Below are positions 9,100 to 18,641 of a stretch of DNA of 64,000 bases, in pieces. The translations under genes and the position numbers were made by a program. Within the stretch, counting starts at the first letter, position 1. The number at the start of each line of letters is the position of its first letter. The notes under the pieces are model-generated. The model had not been told where the DNA came from. It saw only the letters and a list, made by a program, of their open reading frames with translations, and made no database searches. Origin of the DNA: an uncultured virus (IMG/VR IMGVR_UViG_3300020577_013858) (taxonomy: Duplodnaviria > Heunggongvirae > Uroviricota > Caudoviricetes); IMG/VR virus record IMGVR_UViG_3300020577_013858; one strand, written 5' to 3'.

Positions 9100-10416
9100 C
9101 TAGGCCGTGTCGCCCTTTGCTTTCTTCGCGCCGCGCCGCGCCTTGTCGAAGAGCTGTTCCACGCGCGTGAGCACCTCGGGCTTCGCGTCGAGCCCGAAGA
9201 ACGCGAGAAGAATCTGCCATTCTTCGTCCGAGAGGTCCGCGTGCAGCGAAGGCCCGACCGCGATCCGCCCCTCGTCGATCGCGAGCCGAAGCGCCTGCAC
9301 GTCCGCGGGGCTCTTGGCCCGGCGCTTGGGCTTCTCAGGGGGCGACGGAGGCGCGGTCACGTCAGCATCGACAGGGGCAGGCGCGTCGGGCGCGTCGGTC
9401 TCGTCGGTCTCGTCGGTCTCGTCGGTCTCGTCGGTCTCGTCGGTCTCGTGCGACTCTGCCTTGCGCCGCGCGGGCTTCGCGGGCTTCGTCGGCTTCTCGA
9501 TCGTCGCATCGGTGTCCACCGCAGGAATGGGCGCCCGCGTGGTGAGCTCGATGGCGAGCGCGTTCAACTGGCGATCGGTGGGGTACATGAGCCACTTGAG
9601 CGCGATGGTGTGCGGCACCTTGCCGTCGTCGATCGCCATTTGCACGTTTGGATGAAGACGGAGCAATTGCTCCATCATTCGGCACGTGCCGACTTGGCAG
9701 CGAAAGTAGGCCGCCGCCTCTGCCCGAAACGCATGAAGCGACTCGCTTTCGTACTCGTCGAACGCCTCGCCCTCGGGGCTCTTGTAGCTCACGTGCAGTT
9801 GCCCGTGCGCGATGGCCTTGCGCCGCCGCGTCGCGTACATCCACGCGACGGCCATGCGCGAAACGTCCCGCCGACACAGGTTCTCCATCACCATCGTGTC
9901 AAACGAGTGCTCGACCCCTTCCACCTGCATCGTGAGCTCGATGGCAGGTTCTTTGAGCAGCCGCAGCTTCACGTTCGCCGCGCGCCCGGCGATCGTGCGT
10001 TGGCGGCCTGCGTCGATCACCGGCCACATCATGTCGTCGCAGAGACGCAGCGGAAAGCGCGAAGGCCCGTACTTCTCGTGATACCCATGCGACCTGACCC
10101 AATCGGCCCACACGAGCCGCGCGCTGTCCAGAAACTCCGGTCGAAAGCGCGCGAGCGCGATGCGCTCGTTGTGGACGGTTACGGGCGCGAGGTTCGCGAT
10201 CACGCGCAGGAGCGAGGCGACGTCCTCGTCGGTGGCCTCGTTCTTCGCGCGACGCTGGTAGAGCTCGTTCGTGTCATCGTCGAACGTGTCGCGACCGACG
10301 ATCACGATGAGCTCGGGCGGGCGCGGGAAGAACCCGCCCCTTCGTCCAGGGTGCGCGTCCTTGAGCTCGCTGTACATGGGCGCGTCCTTCGCCGGGGCCT
10401 TGTGCGTCTTCGTCAC
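9100..10416 (-). CDS. ParB/Srx-like partition-family protein
   Basis: VIDAGRQRTIA (GxRR-like patch), MVMENLCRRDVS (EN..R motif), then helical region and LHPNVQMAIDDGKV typical of ParB. Confidence 0.7.
   Translation of the reverse strand: MTKTHKAPAKDAPMYSELKDAHPGRRGGFFPRPPELIVIVGRDTFDDDTNELYQRRAKNEATDEDVASLLRVIANLAPVTVHNERIALARFRPEFLDSARLVWADWVRSHGYHEKYGPSRFPLRLCDDMMWPVIDAGRQRTIAGRAANVKLRLLKEPAIELTMQVEGVEHSFDTMVMENLCRRDVSRMAVAWMYATRRRKAIAHGQLHVSYKSPEGEAFDEYESESLHAFRAEAAAYFRCQVGTCRMMEQLLRLHPNVQMAIDDGKVPHTIALKWLMYPTDRQLNALAIELTTRAPIPAVDTDATIEKPTKPAKPARRKAESHETDETDETDETDETDETDAPDAPAPVDADVTAPPSPPEKPKRRAKSPADVQALRLAIDEGRIAVGPSLHADLSDEEWQILLAFFGLDAKPEVLTRVEQLFDKARRGAKKAKGDTA
9394..9447. repeat. 9-bp tandem repeat GTCGGTCTC x6 (ETD repeats)
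   Basis: Perfect repeats in the ParB-like linker. Confidence 0.95.
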
Positions 10417-11054
10417 GACGACACCTCCGCGTCGCACTTCGCGCATTCCTCGCACTGCGTGACGGCCTTGCGGAGCGCCGCCGCCACGCAATCCTCGCAG
10501 CCCGAGAGATCCGCCGCCCACACGGTCAGCGCGCGATCGAACCCGGGCGACCGATCGGACCACGCCACGACGAGACTCGTGAGCAGTTCGTGCGAAACGT
10601 GCGGACGATTCCGCACGTGCGCGTCGATGTCCGCGAGGATCATCGGCGAGAACCGGCGCTCATTGGCCGCGACAAGCGCCGCCGCGCTGTAGAGCTTGAC
10701 GTCGTGCAGAACGCTCGCGAGCGCGAGGTGCCCGGCCACGTAGGGCGCCCCGGCGTTCGAAGTGCCGTGCGGAATCACGCGCAGCACGGGATCGTCCCCG
10801 GGCGTCGTCTCCGTGCAGCGTCCGTACTGCACGCGGATGTCGTCGCACAGCGCGTCGATCGTCCAGGCGCGCGCCACGCTGCGGCTCGACCGATCGAACC
10901 GGACCTTGAACTCCCCGCGCAGGCGTCCGTCCGTCTCGCGGGAGACGATCACGAGTTGCCCGTCGCGCAGGAGAATCGTCGGGAGTTTGCGTGCGAAGCC
11001 TTCGCACGAGGCGCCCGGATCGGGCGAAGCGGGGGTCACCATGGGTCGGTCCAT
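10413..11054 (-). CDS. Hypothetical protein with C-terminal CxxC pairs
   Basis: CEDC, CEEC..C; start placed at the ATG downstream of a predicted promoter. Confidence 0.6.
   Translation of the reverse strand: MDRPMVTPASPDPGASCEGFARKLPTILLRDGQLVIVSRETDGRLRGEFKVRFDRSSRSVARAWTIDALCDDIRVQYGRCTETTPGDDPVLRVIPHGTSNAGAPYVAGHLALASVLHDVKLYSAAALVAANERRFSPMILADIDAHVRNRPHVSHELLTSLVVAWSDRSPGFDRALTVWAADLSGCEDCVAAALRKAVTQCEECAKCDAEVSS
10990..11008. repeat. Dispersed palindrome copy 2 (CGTGCGAAGCCTTCGCACG)
   Basis: Core plus extended arms. Confidence 0.9.
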
Positions 11055-11062
11055 GGCGAAAA

Positions 11063-11090
11063 AAGGTAAACAGTTCTCGCGTTGGGTCAA
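11063..11090 (-). promoter_or_regulatory. Putative sigma70 promoter TTGACC-N16-TACCTT
   Basis: AT-rich island; ATG 8 nt after the -10. Confidence 0.5.
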
Positions 11091-11117
11091 ATAAAAAACG
11101 ACGGGTGACCGACTTTT

Positions 11118-12512
11118 TTAGAAATGGTCGGGCACCGCGGCGTCCGCGGGATTCGACGCATCGACGGCGCGTACAGGGCCTCGTGGCGCGGCACGGCGCG
11201 GGCGGATCTCGGGGCGTCCCTCGTTCGCCCACCGCAGCGCCTCTTCGCACAGTCGTTCGAGCACGCCTGCCTTTCGCAGTTCGCTCGCCGAGAGGTGGAC
11301 GTCGCGCCAGTGCAGCCCGTTGGCGCCGATGAAATCGCCCACGGTCTCGTAGACGGCGCGCTTCCAGCCATGTCGCCGAAACAGCTCACAGAGCACACCG
11401 TCGAGGTCCGCGGTGACGCGGGGGTTCGTGGAGTCTGCGACGAGAATCTTCGCGGAGTGCTCGCGCGCACGAAGGCGGAGAAGGCCGATCAGTTCGTCGC
11501 CGTAGAGGTCGAGCGGCGGACGGGGCTCCGTGGCAGCGCCGCCCCCTGTTGCCGCTGCACGGGGTGTTGCACCGCTCGGGGTTGTTGCAGCGGTGGCAAC
11601 ACCCCGGGACTGCAACGGCAACACCCTCGCGCACACGCTCTGAGCGCTCTCACTGCAATTTCCCCTAGAGGGAGAGGGGGTGTGGGGGAGAGGGGGGTGT
11701 TGCGGGGTGTTGCCAGGGTGTTGCGGGTCGTTGCGGGGTGTTGCGGCAACGGTCGCAACACCCGTCGAGGTCGTTGCCGCAACGGGAGTTGTCTGTTGCG
11801 GCAACACCCCCGGCGTTGCGGCAACACCCCCCAAGACCCGTTCGCCGACGTTCGCCAGCCACGTGTGCCCGGCCTCGGACGCGAGCCACGCCTCCCACGT
11901 GACGGTTGCGGGCACGTCCGTCCACGGCTTGCGGGGTTTGCTCGCGCGATGCGTGAAATACGAGCGCGCGGCGCGCAGCGTGCCACGGTTGACGGCGTAG
12001 CCCTCGACGACGTCGTCGCGTCGCTTCACGGGGCGGTGTCGGGGCGGCTCAGGCGGCGGAGCCTGGGGGTTCGGGGCGGGTGTGCCTGGTGGCGTGGGTT
12101 CGGGCTCCCGCGGGCCGTTCTCGGGGCTCTGGCGTGGTGCCGAGGAAAGCAGCTCGACCGCGACCGGAAGCACGACGCGGTGGGGTTCGAGGCGCACGAG
12201 ACCCGCGCGCACGAGACCCGCAAGCCACGCCTCGACCTGCGCGTCGACGTCGGGCGGGTCATCCGGGGCGCGCGTGAGAAAGCCGAGCGTCCACGCGATC
12301 GACCGCCCTTCGACCGCGGGAATGGAGGGCGCGGGGCCGCCGTGCTGCGCGTGGTCCGCAAGACCGAGCGTCGCCAGGAGAAGATCGTAGAAAAGCGACC
12401 GTTCGAGACGCGACGCCATGCGCAGCCGCGCGTCGTGCGCGAGCGAGCGAATCGGAGCGACAGGGTGTGCCGGATTCTGGCGGGTCGTGTCGGTGTCGGC
12501 CGCTTCCATCAC
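11118..12512 (-). CDS. Probable replication initiator with internal origin
   Basis: N-terminal wHTH-like segment (WLAGLVRAGLVRLE); central low-complexity region made of DNA iterons; layout like lambda O-type initiators. Confidence 0.55.
   Translation of the reverse strand: MMEAADTDTTRQNPAHPVAPIRSLAHDARLRMASRLERSLFYDLLLATLGLADHAQHGGPAPSIPAVEGRSIAWTLGFLTRAPDDPPDVDAQVEAWLAGLVRAGLVRLEPHRVVLPVAVELLSSAPRQSPENGPREPEPTPPGTPAPNPQAPPPEPPRHRPVKRRDDVVEGYAVNRGTLRAARSYFTHRASKPRKPWTDVPATVTWEAWLASEAGHTWLANVGERVLGGVAATPGVLPQQTTPVAATTSTGVATVAATPRNDPQHPGNTPQHPPLPHTPSPSRGNCSESAQSVCARVLPLQSRGVATAATTPSGATPRAAATGGGAATEPRPPLDLYGDELIGLLRLRAREHSAKILVADSTNPRVTADLDGVLCELFRRHGWKRAVYETVGDFIGANGLHWRDVHLSASELRKAGVLERLCEEALRWANEGRPEIRPRRAAPRGPVRAVDASNPADAAVPDHF
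11547..11832. repeat. Iteron-like cluster GGGTGTTGC/GCAACACCC (about 10 copies, both orientations); probable origin
   Basis: Five phased units at 11694-11744 (10-11 bp period); GTTGCSGCAAC palindromes at 11740, 11773, 11795, 11815; purine-skewed spacer 11668-11697. Confidence 0.75.
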
Positions 12513-12566
12513 AATCCCTTCACCACTACCACGAAGCGAAAAAAGGTGAACTAGAAGCCTAAAAAA

Positions 12567-13190
12567 TCAGACGTCGATGCTCTCCACGGTGATCGACCAT
12601 TGCCAGGGAACGACGTTCTTGCCTTCGACCACGGCGGGAAGGCGAGCCCCGAGCGACTGCGCGTGTCCCGCGGTGATTTCCGGTGAATCGACGTGCGCGG
12701 GGTGAACGCGGTCGAGCGCATCCTCTTGAAGCACCGTCCACGACTTGCCGTCGCTCGAACGCACGAGCAGCGCGCGCTTGACGAAGTAGGCGACGCGGTC
12801 GACGTCCGCGAGCAACGTCGGAGGCTCCTGCGTCTTGCTCGCTTTCGCCTTGGCGGTAGTGGTTGCGGGCGGCGTCACGACGGCGTGACCGAAGAACCGA
12901 ACGCGCACGACGCACACCTCGTGCTGGAATTCCGGCAGAATCTCGCCGAGCTCGACGAACACGACGTCGCCGGAATCGACGAGACGCTTCGCGTTCGGGC
13001 CGGAGAACTGTACCGCGGCGCGCGGTTGGTCCGCGCGCTCGCGCTCACGCTCGGAACCGGCCGCGTGCAGTCGCGCACGCAGCTCCGAGCACAGGTGCTC
13101 GGCGCGGATGCCGTCGTCGGCGAGACCGATCGTCCCCGGCTTGGAGACGATGAGGGGGAAGGCGGCGGACGTGAGAGCTCTGGATTCCAT
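12567..13190 (-). CDS. Hypothetical protein (207 aa, MESRALTS...)
   Basis: Protein-like part of ORF 12567..13373. Confidence 0.6.
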   Translation of the reverse strand: MESRALTSAAFPLIVSKPGTIGLADDGIRAEHLCSELRARLHAAGSERERERADQPRAAVQFSGPNAKRLVDSGDVVFVELGEILPEFQHEVCVVRVRFFGHAVVTPPATTTAKAKASKTQEPPTLLADVDRVAYFVKRALLVRSSDGKSWTVLQEDALDRVHPAHVDSPEITAGHAQSLGARLPAVVEGKNVVPWQWSITVESIDV

Positions 13191-13194
13191 GACG

Positions 13195-13512
13195 CTACTC
13201 GTTGAGGGTGGGAGCCGCGTGGCGGCGTGGCGGAGACGCGGGCGGCGGCGTGCCGCTCGCAGAGGGTGAAGGGGAGCGCGCGATCGGCTCTTGAAAGCGC
13301 GGCGTGGCGGGTCCGAACAGCACCGACGTGAGCACGCTGGCCGCGCCCGCGCCGAGTGCGACACCGAGCACAAGGCCGTCTGCGTCGGCGTTGGACTCGG
13401 AATCGTCGGACGCGGCGACGAGACCGATACGAAACCCGAGTGTCCCGCCCACGAACAGACACAACGCCCACGTGGCGGCGCGTCCGAGTTGAGTGATCGC
13501 GTGCGGTGTCAT
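13195..13512 (-). CDS. Two-TM membrane protein
   Basis: Two hydrophobic helices. Confidence 0.6.
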   Translation of the reverse strand: MTPHAITQLGRAATWALCLFVGGTLGFRIGLVAASDDSESNADADGLVLGVALGAGAASVLTSVLFGPATPRFQEPIARSPSPSASGTPPPASPPRRHAAPTLNE

Positions 13513-13518
13513 GAGGGC

Positions 13519-13770
13519 CTATCCCCCGCGCGACTGCGGCGTGGCGTTGGGGAGCACCGCGAGCACCGGAATGGTGCCCGTCGTGGTCGCGCCCGGTGCG
13601 CGCACCGTGTTGACCTCGCGGCGAATGCGGAGCCGCGTCTCGCGGTCGGCGACGCGATTCTCCGCGTCGGAGAGCTGCGCTTCGTAGACGAAGATCGTCA
13701 CGAGAGAGCTCCCGATCGAAAACCCGATCGCGGCGATCGACACGAGACCGAGAATCTGCGAGCCCTTCAT
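13519..13770 (-). CDS. Small membrane protein (MKGSQILG...)
   Basis: N-terminal TM then coiled coil; GGAG upstream. Confidence 0.6.
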   Translation of the reverse strand: MKGSQILGLVSIAAIGFSIGSSLVTIFVYEAQLSDAENRVADRETRLRIRREVNTVRAPGATTTGTIPVLAVLPNATPQSRGG

Positions 13771-13922
13771 GCGATCGTCTCCGCGCGCAACGCCATGTCG
13801 AGCGAGCGCTCCTTTGCTTGCAGGTTGCGCAGTCGCAGTTGCGCGACCGCGGACGCGCCGAACGCCCCGAGCGCCACGCCCGCAAGCGCTGCGACCACAT
13901 AGAGCAGCACTTCGTTCTTCAC
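13767..13922 (-). CDS. Small membrane protein (51 aa)
   Basis: GTG overlapping upstream stop; VLLYVVAALAGVALGAFGA. Confidence 0.55.
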   Translation of the reverse strand: MKNEVLLYVVAALAGVALGAFGASAVAQLRLRNLQAKERSLDMALRAETIA

Positions 13923-14371
13923 GCGGCGCCGTCCTTCTCCGCCTGTGCGGCGGCACGCTGGCACGGAAGGCACGCGGCACCGTCGCCCTTCGCTTTGCGC
14001 TTCTGGCGCGCGGCCAGCGTGCTCGCGCCGTCGATCTCGTGACGCGCCGCGCGCCGCATGAGCGTCTCGTCGTCGGCGCCCATGAGCTCGCTCACGTCGA
14101 TCTCTTCGCGCGCGGCGATCACGTCGATCGCGTCGAGGTCTGCTTCGTCGTCGAACGGCTCGCCCGCGGCGGAGGCTTCGAGCTGCGCGACGCGACGCTC
14201 CAAGCCTCGAATGTACGCGACGAGCTCGCGGATGTCGTCGCACACCTGCGCGTCTTCGGTGTCGAGCTCGGCCGTGCGGGTCGCGCCGTCGAGCCAGCCG
14301 CGCTTGCCCTTCACGTGCGCTCGACACGCGGTCGAAAGCCGCGCGATCAGTTGTTGATGCTCGTGGGTCAT
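13919..14371 (-). CDS. Hypothetical protein (150 aa, MTHEHQQL...)
   Basis: GGAGG upstream; short coiled coil, acidic middle, CLPC at end. Confidence 0.6.
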   Translation of the reverse strand: MTHEHQQLIARLSTACRAHVKGKRGWLDGATRTAELDTEDAQVCDDIRELVAYIRGLERRVAQLEASAAGEPFDDEADLDAIDVIAAREEIDVSELMGADDETLMRRAARHEIDGASTLAARQKRKAKGDGAACLPCQRAAAQAEKDGAA

Positions 14372-14712
14372 CGCGCCTCCGTAAGCGTCTGTTGCGGGTT
14401 GCGCGAGAGGGGCTCCTCCCGCATGAGTTGTTCGGCCGCGCGCCGTGTTGGAAGCTCGGGGCGGAGACGGAACCCCGGAAGTCCTTGCCGAAACCCGGAC
14501 AGTTGCTCCGTGGTGAGCACCTGCGCGCGCTCGCCCGTGGGCGTCTGCGCGAGGTCCGCGTCGGTGTTCTTGACCCCGCCCATCGGTGGATCGCGCAGCG
14601 GGTCCAGCCCCGGGGGTTGTGCGCCCTGTCGCGCCTTGACCTCGCGGTACACGACGAAGCCCGAGAGGGCCGCCGCCACGATCACCAAAGCCCATGCTGC
14701 GCGCTCGTTCAC
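14368..14712 (-). CDS. Membrane protein (N-terminal TM)
   Basis: AAWALVIVAAALSGFVVY; GTG overlapping stop. Confidence 0.6.
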   Translation of the reverse strand: MNERAAWALVIVAAALSGFVVYREVKARQGAQPPGLDPLRDPPMGGVKNTDADLAQTPTGERAQVLTTEQLSGFRQGLPGFRLRPELPTRRAAEQLMREEPLSRNPQQTLTEAR

Positions 14713-14945
14713 GTTCCGCCCTCCAGCGTCGCCATGCACACGGGGCACCGCGTGCGCCAGTTGATATACATGCCGACGAGTGCGCCCGTGAGCGCGCCCG
14801 CGGCGGTCCAATCCTTCGCGCCGCGCGAAAGCGTCCACGCGAGAATGGCCCCGATGCCCGCGCACGCGCCGACGACCGAACCGGCTTCGAGGTACTCGCC
14901 GGTCGTGAACTGCGGCGCGGTCGGCGCGGTCATCGCGGTCGCCAC
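14709..14945 (-). CDS. Two-TM membrane protein (78 aa)
   Basis: Two glycine-rich hydrophobic helices, CPVC. Confidence 0.6.
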   Translation of the reverse strand: MATAMTAPTAPQFTTGEYLEAGSVVGACAGIGAILAWTLSRGAKDWTAAGALTGALVGMYINWRTRCPVCMATLEGGT

Positions 14946-14946
14946 G

Positions 14947-15333
14947 CTACGCTCCCTTCGCGCGGCGCGCGGCGAGCTCCTCGCGCAGTTCGTCGAACGC
15001 TGCGGAGAGCGCGTTGTGGCGCTCCCAGAGCAGGCACCCGAGCACGTACGCCCCGACGCCGAAGATGAGCGCGACGCCCGCCGTGGTCTCGATGGAGCGG
15101 ATGCGCTGGCGCGTCTTCACGGCGTCTTGCACCGTCGCCATCGCGAGGCTGTCGATGCGCTCGCTCAGGTGCGACGCCTGTTGATGGCCGCACTCGTGAA
15201 CGAACTCGATGCGCGCCTCCAGGCGCGCGGCGGCGCGAGCGTCCGACTCGCGGTGTGCGACACGGACGAACCCGAGCAGCACGGGGTCTTCGGCGGGGGC
15301 GACGGGGGCGGAATGAGAAGCGTCGAACATCAT
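14947..15333 (-). CDS. Membrane protein (MMFDASH...)
   Basis: TM AGVALIFGVGAYVLGCLLW; GAGG upstream. Confidence 0.55.
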   Translation of the reverse strand: MMFDASHSAPVAPAEDPVLLGFVRVAHRESDARAAARLEARIEFVHECGHQQASHLSERIDSLAMATVQDAVKTRQRIRSIETTAGVALIFGVGAYVLGCLLWERHNALSAAFDELREELAARRAKGA

Positions 15334-16418
15334 GACCTCACTGCGTAGATTACACCGGCCGTGACGGCGGCGAGAACCACAATTGCGCCGACCTTCGGCG
15401 CGAGGCTCTCGCCGCTCACGGCGTTGACGGCGATCGTCCCGACGTTCGCCACCGTCTCGGTGACGTCCGCCGCGACGCTCGCGATGGACACTCCATAGGC
15501 CGTGCGCGTGATGCGATCCTCGACCGCGGGCGACATCCGCGACGGGTCGAAAACCCCCACGGGGCCGCCCATCTGTTCGGCCAGGCGTCGCCCCGAGTAG
15601 AGCTTCTGCATCGACCGCACGATGCCGTAGGCGCTCCCGCTGCGACCCTTGGCCGCGCCGATGCCCGGCGCGCTCGCGCGGATGTCGGCATCGACGAGCT
15701 CGATGTACTTTTGGAGGCGCACGTTCTCGGGCGTCGCGGCGAGCGCCGCGAGATAGGGGTAGCGGTCGCCGACCTTCGGGCCGCGAATGCGCGTGAACGC
15801 GCCCCCGGGGCCGCGCGACATGGCGGTGAACATGGTGAACACGCGCCATGTGCTCCAGCCGTTCGCGTCGCCCGCGAGGTTCGGCTGTGCGCCGTTGAGC
15901 AGCGCGCGCACGGACGCTTCGTCGCCGCGCAGGTTGGCGAGACCCACGGCGGTTTGATCTTCTCGCGCGCGCACGTCCCGCTCGGACGTGCCTGTCTCCG
16001 ACGAGGGTTTCCAGGCGTTGTGTTCCATGCTCGGGCGGCGATTCAGCATCCGCCGCACCATGTCGCCGTAGACGTTGCCCTCGGGCGCGAGCGCGATGCG
16101 ACCGTAGGCATTGTCCGGGGCGCGCGCGTCCGGGTTCGGCGCGGGGCCGGTGCGCGGTCCCGCGGGGCACTGAAAGAGCCCGACCTCGTGAAACGCCACG
16201 GTGGGGTCGCCGTCCGTGGTGTTCTCGCCCCACCCCGTCGAGAATGCGGTGAACCCCATGCACGCGAACACGAGGGAGTCGCGGTCCGCGCCCGGGAACG
16301 CGATCGGCACGAAGCGCTCCAACATCGGCTTGAGCGCCGTCGCGCGCCGCTGCAACATCCCGAGCTTCTCGTTCGCGTAGAACGAGGGCGATCCGTTTTC
16401 GTACGTGCGCGACGCCAT
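15330..16418 (-). CDS. Membrane-anchored virion protein, possible lysozyme-like (lytic transglycosylase) domain
   Basis: EVGLFQ resembles the GLxQ motif; C-terminal TM; enzyme call is weak. Confidence 0.45.
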   Translation of the reverse strand: MASRTYENGSPSFYANEKLGMLQRRATALKPMLERFVPIAFPGADRDSLVFACMGFTAFSTGWGENTTDGDPTVAFHEVGLFQCPAGPRTGPAPNPDARAPDNAYGRIALAPEGNVYGDMVRRMLNRRPSMEHNAWKPSSETGTSERDVRAREDQTAVGLANLRGDEASVRALLNGAQPNLAGDANGWSTWRVFTMFTAMSRGPGGAFTRIRGPKVGDRYPYLAALAATPENVRLQKYIELVDADIRASAPGIGAAKGRSGSAYGIVRSMQKLYSGRRLAEQMGGPVGVFDPSRMSPAVEDRITRTAYGVSIASVAADVTETVANVGTIAVNAVSGESLAPKVGAIVVLAAVTAGVIYAVRS

Positions 16419-16427
16419 GGTGACCTC

Positions 16428-16745
16428 TCATGCGCCGACGACCGCGTTCAGCGCGGCGTCTGCGACCGGGACGGTGATGCGGTTGTGGATGGTGACGGCG
16501 ATGGGCTCGCGCGTTGACGCCTGGACGATTCCGGTCACGGACGCATCGACCGCGCGAAGCGTCGGTTCGAGGCCCGCGCGGACGTCGGCGATCTTCTGGT
16601 CCAGGGTGTTCGCGATGGCTTCGCGCGCAGCGCGGCGCACGGGCGGCACGTAGCGCACGGCCGCCCACGCGAGCGTTGGCACGACGACGGCCACGGTGAA
16701 CGCGCCCGCGAGATACGCCAGAAGCAGCCGGTCGTCTTCGGTCAC
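16428..16745 (-). CDS. Membrane protein
   Basis: N-terminal TM LLLAYLAGAFTVAVVVPTLAWAAV. Confidence 0.6.
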   Translation of the reverse strand: MTEDDRLLLAYLAGAFTVAVVVPTLAWAAVRYVPPVRRAAREAIANTLDQKIADVRAGLEPTLRAVDASVTGIVQASTREPIAVTIHNRITVPVADAALNAVVGA

Positions 16746-16903
16746 GTCGGCGGGCTCCCTTCGAGCGCACGGGCTTGCTGCGCGCGCTTCACGAGGTCTT
16801 GGCGCCAGAAGTACGCGACGACGCCCGCGCCTGCGAAGGCACCGAGCACCGCCCACACGGCGGGATGCAACTTGAACGAGATCGACCCGCCCGGGAATCT
16901 CAT
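16742..16903 (-). CDS. Small membrane protein (53 aa; not in ORF track)
   Basis: Hand translation MRFPGGSISFKLHPAVWAVLGAFAGAGVVAYFWRQ...; overlaps both neighbours by 4 nt. Confidence 0.65.
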   Translation of the reverse strand: MRFPGGSISFKLHPAVWAVLGAFAGAGVVAYFWRQDLVKRAQQARALEGSPPT

Positions 16904-17610
16904 CCGACTGCCCCCCGAAACGAGCGCACGGTGTATCCGACGATCGCGAGCGCGACCAGCGTAGCGCCGACGCCGATCAGCACCTTATGCGTGGTCGAGA
17001 GCGCGTCGGGCGGCACGATCGGGGCGGGCCGCTCGCCGACGCGCGAGGTGTTGTTGGAGTCCGTGACGGGGCCAGAAAGCGCCCGCGACACCGCGCTCGG
17101 TTGGCCGCGCGCGGTCGCATCCCCGGCGTAACTGGCGTACTCCGCGCAGACGGTCGAGACCGACGCCTGCGTGCTGGCCGCCGCGCCGAAGATGCCGCCG
17201 AGCGTCGCGCCGATCACCGAGAGCGTGCTCTCGACCGACGCGCAGCGCGCCATCGCCGCGCCGACCTCGTGCTCGGGGAAATCTTCGCCCGCGCCTGCTT
17301 GGCGAATCGCGGTGGCGACCATGCGATTGATCGCGTCGGCTTCGACTGCCCCGGGCACGCTGAACCACGCTTCGATCGTGAGCACGGCGCGAAGGCCCGC
17401 GAGGGGCGTCACGGCGACCTCGGGGCACAGGTGCCCGGGGGGTGGCGTGAGCAGCGTTGCGCGCACGGTCGAAAGCGCCGCGCGGACGCGATTCGCGAGG
17501 TCGCGCACGTTGATGCGCGCCGCGAGCGATTGCGACAGGTTCACCGTCCAGAAGGCGTGCCACTGCGCGGGGTCGCCGCGCGGGTCGCGAGGTTGCAGTA
17601 CGAGGCCCAT
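16900..17610 (-). CDS. Putative virion membrane protein (236 aa, C-terminal TM)
   Basis: MGLVLQPRD...; VLIGVGATLVALAIVGYTV. Confidence 0.65.
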   Translation of the reverse strand: MGLVLQPRDPRGDPAQWHAFWTVNLSQSLAARINVRDLANRVRAALSTVRATLLTPPPGHLCPEVAVTPLAGLRAVLTIEAWFSVPGAVEADAINRMVATAIRQAGAGEDFPEHEVGAAMARCASVESTLSVIGATLGGIFGAAASTQASVSTVCAEYASYAGDATARGQPSAVSRALSGPVTDSNNTSRVGERPAPIVPPDALSTTHKVLIGVGATLVALAIVGYTVRSFRGAVG

Positions 17611-18641
17611 TAGACCCCCGCGGGCGTGCCGCTGTTCGCGCCGCCGGGCACGAGGGTCACCGCGAGTTGAAGCGTCTGCGCGGTCTGGGGGTTGGTGCGC
17701 AGACCGCTCGCGGAGCCCGCGACGGTCATGCCGTTGCGCGCCGCTGTGACCCGCGCGGTGATCGCCGCGAGTTCCGTGGTCACGCGGTCGAGTTCGGCGC
17801 GACGCTCGGTGCGCGCGCGGCTCACGGACTCGAACGTGTTGAGCAGTCGATCGAAGCGGGTCACGAGACCCATCTCCGCGTCCGAGACGAAGCGGAATTG
17901 CTGGCCTGCGAAGGGGTCGTGCCGCCCGGCCTGTTGCGCGAGGGCGCGCTGCGCGGCGATCTCGGCATAGCGCGGCGTCGAGTAGGGCACGCGCTCGACC
18001 GGGCCGTTGTAGGGGAACACCTGCAACGCGTTCGAGTCGCCCGAGAGCACGAAGCGGAACACCTCCTCGGGGCGGTTGACGGAGGAGTTGCGGTAGAGCG
18101 CGAGGAGCCCTGTCGCGGCGAGCCCGTACGACAGGACGTCGGCTCGCCACTGCGACTCCAGCGTGCGCCGCTGCGAGTCGAGGCGGAGCCGCTCGGGTTC
18201 GAGGTCCATGGCGACGCGGGCCGCTTCCTGCGCGGCGGCCACGCGGACGGCGGCGGCTTGTTCGGCCGCGCGGGCGGCTTGTTCGGCCGCGCGCTGCGCT
18301 TCCTGCGCGCGGGCGATGGCGGCGTTGGCTTCGTCCACGGCGGTCGCGGCGCCGACCTCGTTCCGTTCGACGGCGGTCTTGGCGCGCACGGCGGCGGTCA
18401 TCGCGGCGTTCGCGGCGTTCGCGGCGTTGCCGATGGACTGGTTCGCCGTCGCCGTGAGGTCTCGCTCGCGCGAAATCGCGTTGAGCACGTCGGACTGCAC
18501 GAGCGGGCCACGAAGCGGCGGCGTGCCCTCGGTCGGTGCGTCGGTGGGGCCGGTGTCGGCCAGGGCGGTCTTGCGACGCCACACGATGCCCGCGACGATC
18601 ACGACAAGCGCGGCGGCGGTAACAGCGGGAAGAGCCTTCAT
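17610..18641 (-). CDS. Membrane-anchored coiled-coil protein (343 aa)
   Basis: N-terminal TM followed by long Ala/Gln/Arg-rich helix. Confidence 0.7.
   Translation of the reverse strand: MKALPAVTAAALVVIVAGIVWRRKTALADTGPTDAPTEGTPPLRGPLVQSDVLNAISRERDLTATANQSIGNAANAANAAMTAAVRAKTAVERNEVGAATAVDEANAAIARAQEAQRAAEQAARAAEQAAAVRVAAAQEAARVAMDLEPERLRLDSQRRTLESQWRADVLSYGLAATGLLALYRNSSVNRPEEVFRFVLSGDSNALQVFPYNGPVERVPYSTPRYAEIAAQRALAQQAGRHDPFAGQQFRFVSDAEMGLVTRFDRLLNTFESVSRARTERRAELDRVTTELAAITARVTAARNGMTVAGSASGLRTNPQTAQTLQLAVTLVPGGANSGTPAGV

Noticed and set aside
17610..18641. Coiled-coil protein as a tail tape measure
   Set aside because: Too short, N-terminally membrane anchored, and no tail or terminase genes accompany it
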